From Scyliorhinus canicula (taxonomy: Eukaryota), in assembly GCF_902713615.1 (NCBI RefSeq), contig NC_052158.1, positions 41,345,729 through 41,409,728 on the forward strand: a DNA stretch of 64,000 nt, given 5' to 3'. The notes beneath the pieces are model-generated. The model made no database searches. It was not told the DNA's origin and was given only the letters and a program-made list of their open reading frames with translations. Position 1 is the first letter of the stretch. Each line of letters opens with the position of its first letter. Position numbers and translations under genes: made by a program. Shown here piece after piece: positions 60,452-64,000 of the stretch.

Positions 60452-63400
60452 TGAGATACTCTCAATTACGCCTCAGGAGAGAAGATTGGTAATTCAAAGG
60501 ATTTAATTACCAGAGAACCGGACAGCTGCCGAGAAGTATCCTCACAGCACGCTGCCCAGGAAGCATCACCTTATATACAGTTTCCTGGGGGCGGAGCCAG
60601 ATTCGGAGTCCCCCAGGGTTCCAAGCCCGGTCTTAAAGGGCCAATGTATTAAAGGCAAGGTACAGTTACAGCAGTTATACCGATACCGTTCATCACATTC
60701 ACCCCCTGTTTAAAAAAAAACACATAGTCTGTTGGGGGTGAAGACTTTTGGGTGGTCTGACTGTCCGTGCTGACCTTCTCCGCTCCGGTGGTGGCGCCTT
60801 AGATACGGTCGGTTTCGGTGGTGGTATATCCGGGAGCACGGTTGACTGAGCCTTTGCACGCTTTGGAGCGGGGGAGGGGGTATCCGGGGTGACTAGGGTG
60901 ATTGGTGCCGGCGCCGGCTGTGGGGGAAAGGGGTGCTCTGGGGGGGGCCCTGTCGGGGTCGGCAGTTGGTGCGGGGAAGGGAGTGAAGGTAGGGGGGGGT
61001 TCGGTGGGGAAGCCATCGGGGCCGGTGGGAGAGCTAGCGGGTGCCAGATCTCGCAGGGAGACGGTATCCTGCCTGCCGTCGGGGTGCTCGACGTAGGCGT
61101 ATTGAGGGTTGCGTGTAGCAATTGGACTCCCTCGACTTTCAGATGTTTTATGGCTCCTCACGTGTCTCTGGAGTAGAACTGGTCCCGGAGTCGTCAGCCA
61201 ACGTGGAAGCAAGACCCCAGAGGTGGACTTCCTGGGGAAGACAAACAAACGATTGTGAGGGGTCTCGTTCGTGGCCGTACAGAGGAGCGACCTAATGGAA
61301 CGTAGGGCATCAGGTTGGACCTCCTGCCAGCGGGCGATTTGTAGACTCCTTGACCGTAGGGCTAGAGGGACAGCCTTCCAAACTGTCGCGATCTCCCTCT
61401 CCACCTGCCCATTTTCCCGCGGGTTATAGCTCGTCGTTCTGCTCGAGGTAATGCCCTTGCTGAGCAGATATCGACGCAGCTCATCGCTCATGAACAGTCG
61501 CTGTGGATATAAGTGGGGAAACCAAACATAAGAACATAAGAACTAGGAGCAGGAGTAGGCCATCTGGCCCCTCGAGCCTGCTCCGCCATTCAATTAGATC
61601 ATGGCTGATCTTTTGTGGACTCAGCTCCACTTTCCGGCCCGAACACCATAACCCTTAATCCCTTTATTCTTCAAAAAACTATCTATCTTCACCTTAAAAA
61701 CATGTAATGAAGGAGCCTCAACTGCTTCACTGGGCAAGGAATTCCATACATTCACAACCCTTTGGGTGAAGAAGTTCCTCCTAAACTCAGTCCTAAATCT
61801 ACTTCCCCTTATTTTGAGGCTATGTCCCCTAGTTCTGTTGTCACCCGCCAGTGGAAACAACCTGCCCGCATCTATCCTATCTATTCCCTTCATAATTTTA
61901 AATGTTTCTATAAGATCTCCCCTCATCCTTCTAAATTCCAACGAGTACAGTCCCAGTCTACTCAACCTCTCCTCATAATCCAACCCCTTTAGCTCTGGGA
62001 TTAACCTAGTGAATCTCCTCTGCACACCCCCCAGCGCCAGTACGTCCTTTCTCAAGTAAGGAGACCAAAACTGAACACAATACTCCAGGTGTGGCCGCAC
62101 TAACACCTTATACAATTGCAACATAACCTCCCTAGTCTTAAACTCCATCCCTCTAGCAATGAAGGACAAAATTCCATTTGCCTTCTTAATCACCTGTTGC
62201 ACTTGTAAACCAACCTTCTGTGACTCATGCACTAGCACACCCAAGTCTCTCTGAACAGCGGCATGCTTTAATATTTTATCGTTTAAATAATAATCCCGTT
62301 TGCTGTTATTCCTACCAAAATGGATAACCTCACATTTGTCAACATTGTATTCCATCTGCCAGACCCTAGCCCATTCACTTAACCTATCCAAATCCCTCTG
62401 CAGACTTCCAGTATCCTCTGCACTTTTCGCTTTACCACTCATCTTAGTGTCATCTGCAAACTTGGACACATTGCCCTTGGTCCCCAACTCCAAATCATCT
62501 ATGTAAATTGTGAACAATTGTGGGCCCAACACGGATCCCTGAGGGACACCACTAGCTACTGATTGCCAACCAGAGAAACACCCATTTATCCCAACTCTTT
62601 GCTTTCTATTAATTAACCAATCCTCTATCCATGCTACTACTTTACCCTTAATGCCATGCATCTTTATCTTATGCAGCAACCTTTTGTGTGGCACCCTGTC
62701 AAAGGCTTTCTGGAAATCCAGATATACCACATCCATCGGCTCCCCATTATCTACAGCACTGGTAATGTCCTCAAAAAATTCCACTAAATTAGTTAGGCAT
62801 GACCTGCCCTTTACAAACCCATGCTGCGTCTGCCCAATGGGACAATTTCTATCCAGATGCCTCGCAATTTCTTCCTTGATGATAGATTCCAGCATCTTCC
62901 CTACTACCGAAGTTAAGCTCACTGGCCTATAATTTCCTGCTTTCTGCCTACCTCCTTTTTTAAACAGTGGCGTCACGTTTGCAAACAGTGTGAAGATGCT
63001 GTGCAGTGCCTTGATCACGGAGGCCGAGGTTATATCGGGGCAGGGGACAGCAAAAGGGAAGCGGGAGAACTCATCGATAACGGTGAGGAAATAGATGTTG
63101 TGGTTGGTGGACGGGAGGGGCCCTTTGAAGTAGCTCAAAGGGCCCAGAGGCCTTTATCAGGCGGGCCCTGTCTGGTCGATAGAAGTGCAGTTTGCACTCC
63201 GCGCAGATCTGGCATGCCTTAGTCATGGCCTTGACCTTCTCTGTGGAGTAGGGTAGGTTGCAGAACTTGATGAAATGGGCAAGCCGGGTGATCCCCGGGT
63301 GGCAGAGAGCATCGGGGATGGCTCTCAGGCGGTCTTTTTTGCGCGTTAGAGCACGTGCTGCGGGACAGGGCATCCAGGGACTCGTTGAGCTTCCCCGGGC

Positions 63401-64000
63401 GATATTTAATATCGTACGTATAGGTGGAGAGCTCTATCCTTCACCTCAGAACTTTGTCATTCGTTATTTTGCCCCATTGTGCGTTATCGAACATAAAGGC
63501 TACCGACCATTGGTCAGTGACGAGGGTGAACCTCCTACCGGCTAGGTAGTGCCTCCAGTGTCGCACGGCCTCCACAATGGCTTGTGCCTCCTTCTCGACT
63601 GCAGAGTGCCGAATCTCGGAGGCTGCAGATGGTGACGTTGTCCAAGTACAGGAAGGTAGCCTGTTAGCCGTACTGGTCCACCATTTGATCCATCGCCCTT
63701 TGAAAAACGGAGACTCCATTTGTGACACCAAAAGGGACCCTGAGAAAGTGAAACAGCCGACCGGCTGCTTCGAAGGCCATGTAGGGGCGGTCCTCTGGGC
63801 GGATAGGGAGCTGATGATAGGCCGATTTTAGGTCGACCGTGGAGAATACCCGATACTGGGCTATTTGATTCACCATTTCCGCTATGCAGGGAAGTGGATG
63901 CGCATCGAGTTGCGTAAAGCAGTTTATGGTCTGGCTATAATCCACTACAATTCGTTGCTTTTCCCCGGAGCGGACTACCAATACTTGAGCCCTCCAAGGG
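60452..64000 (-). mobile_element. Second Gypsy of the same lineage as 44139-49019: 3' LTR plus decayed pol, running off the window
   Basis: 246-bp LTR 60452-60697 (TGTGATG..TCTCA on the minus strand); PPT agggggtgaa; RT YLDN; internal deletion near 63620 fuses RT to RH; IN homologous to the first copy. Confidence 0.93.
61529..62981 (-). mobile_element. Young 5'-truncated CR1 LINE inserted in the Gypsy integrase
   Basis: Uninterrupted ~450-codon RT (NYRPVSLTS, YLDFQKAFD, GVPQGSVLGP, KFADDTK); (ttcttatg)n tail; 6-bp TSD caaaca at 61523-61528 and 62982-62987. Confidence 0.96.

Overview
Repeat-dominated vertebrate DNA, inferred to be from a shark (probably a catshark) on the basis of the protein sequence and SINE/LINE families. 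It holds one clear host gene, beta-2-microglobulin (B2M, + strand): CDS 19235-19286, 20376-20648 and 22751-22761 give 111 aa, followed by a probable non-coding exon 4. Its promoter has an ISRE and an S-X-Y module. The rest is roughly one third tandem repeats (51, ~32, ~30, 24, ~46, ~17, ~33 and 44 bp units plus a GGAA tract), a 500-N assembly gap, and nested transposons: about 14 tRNA-derived SINEs; CR1, L1-like, Rex1/Babar and Penelope retroelements; hAT, MULE and Harbinger DNA transposons; and three Ty3/Gypsy LTR elements. Best leads: (1) a Gypsy element with no tRNA primer site, whose post-LTR 16 nt pair perfectly with its own LTR poly(A)-signal segment (putative self-priming), in a lineage with a YLDN RT motif; (2) an S-X-Y/ISRE B2M promoter whose spacing matches human B2M as I recall it; (3) candidate distal NF-kB/AP-1/IRF and STAT/NF-kB enhancers; (4) a non-autonomous LTR element with pol replaced by low-complexity coding-like repeats and a CTCF motif in each LTR; (5) hammerhead-ribozyme cores in Penelope-derived repeats. 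Family assignments come from motif recognition, not database searches. Boundaries of degenerate repeats are approximate.
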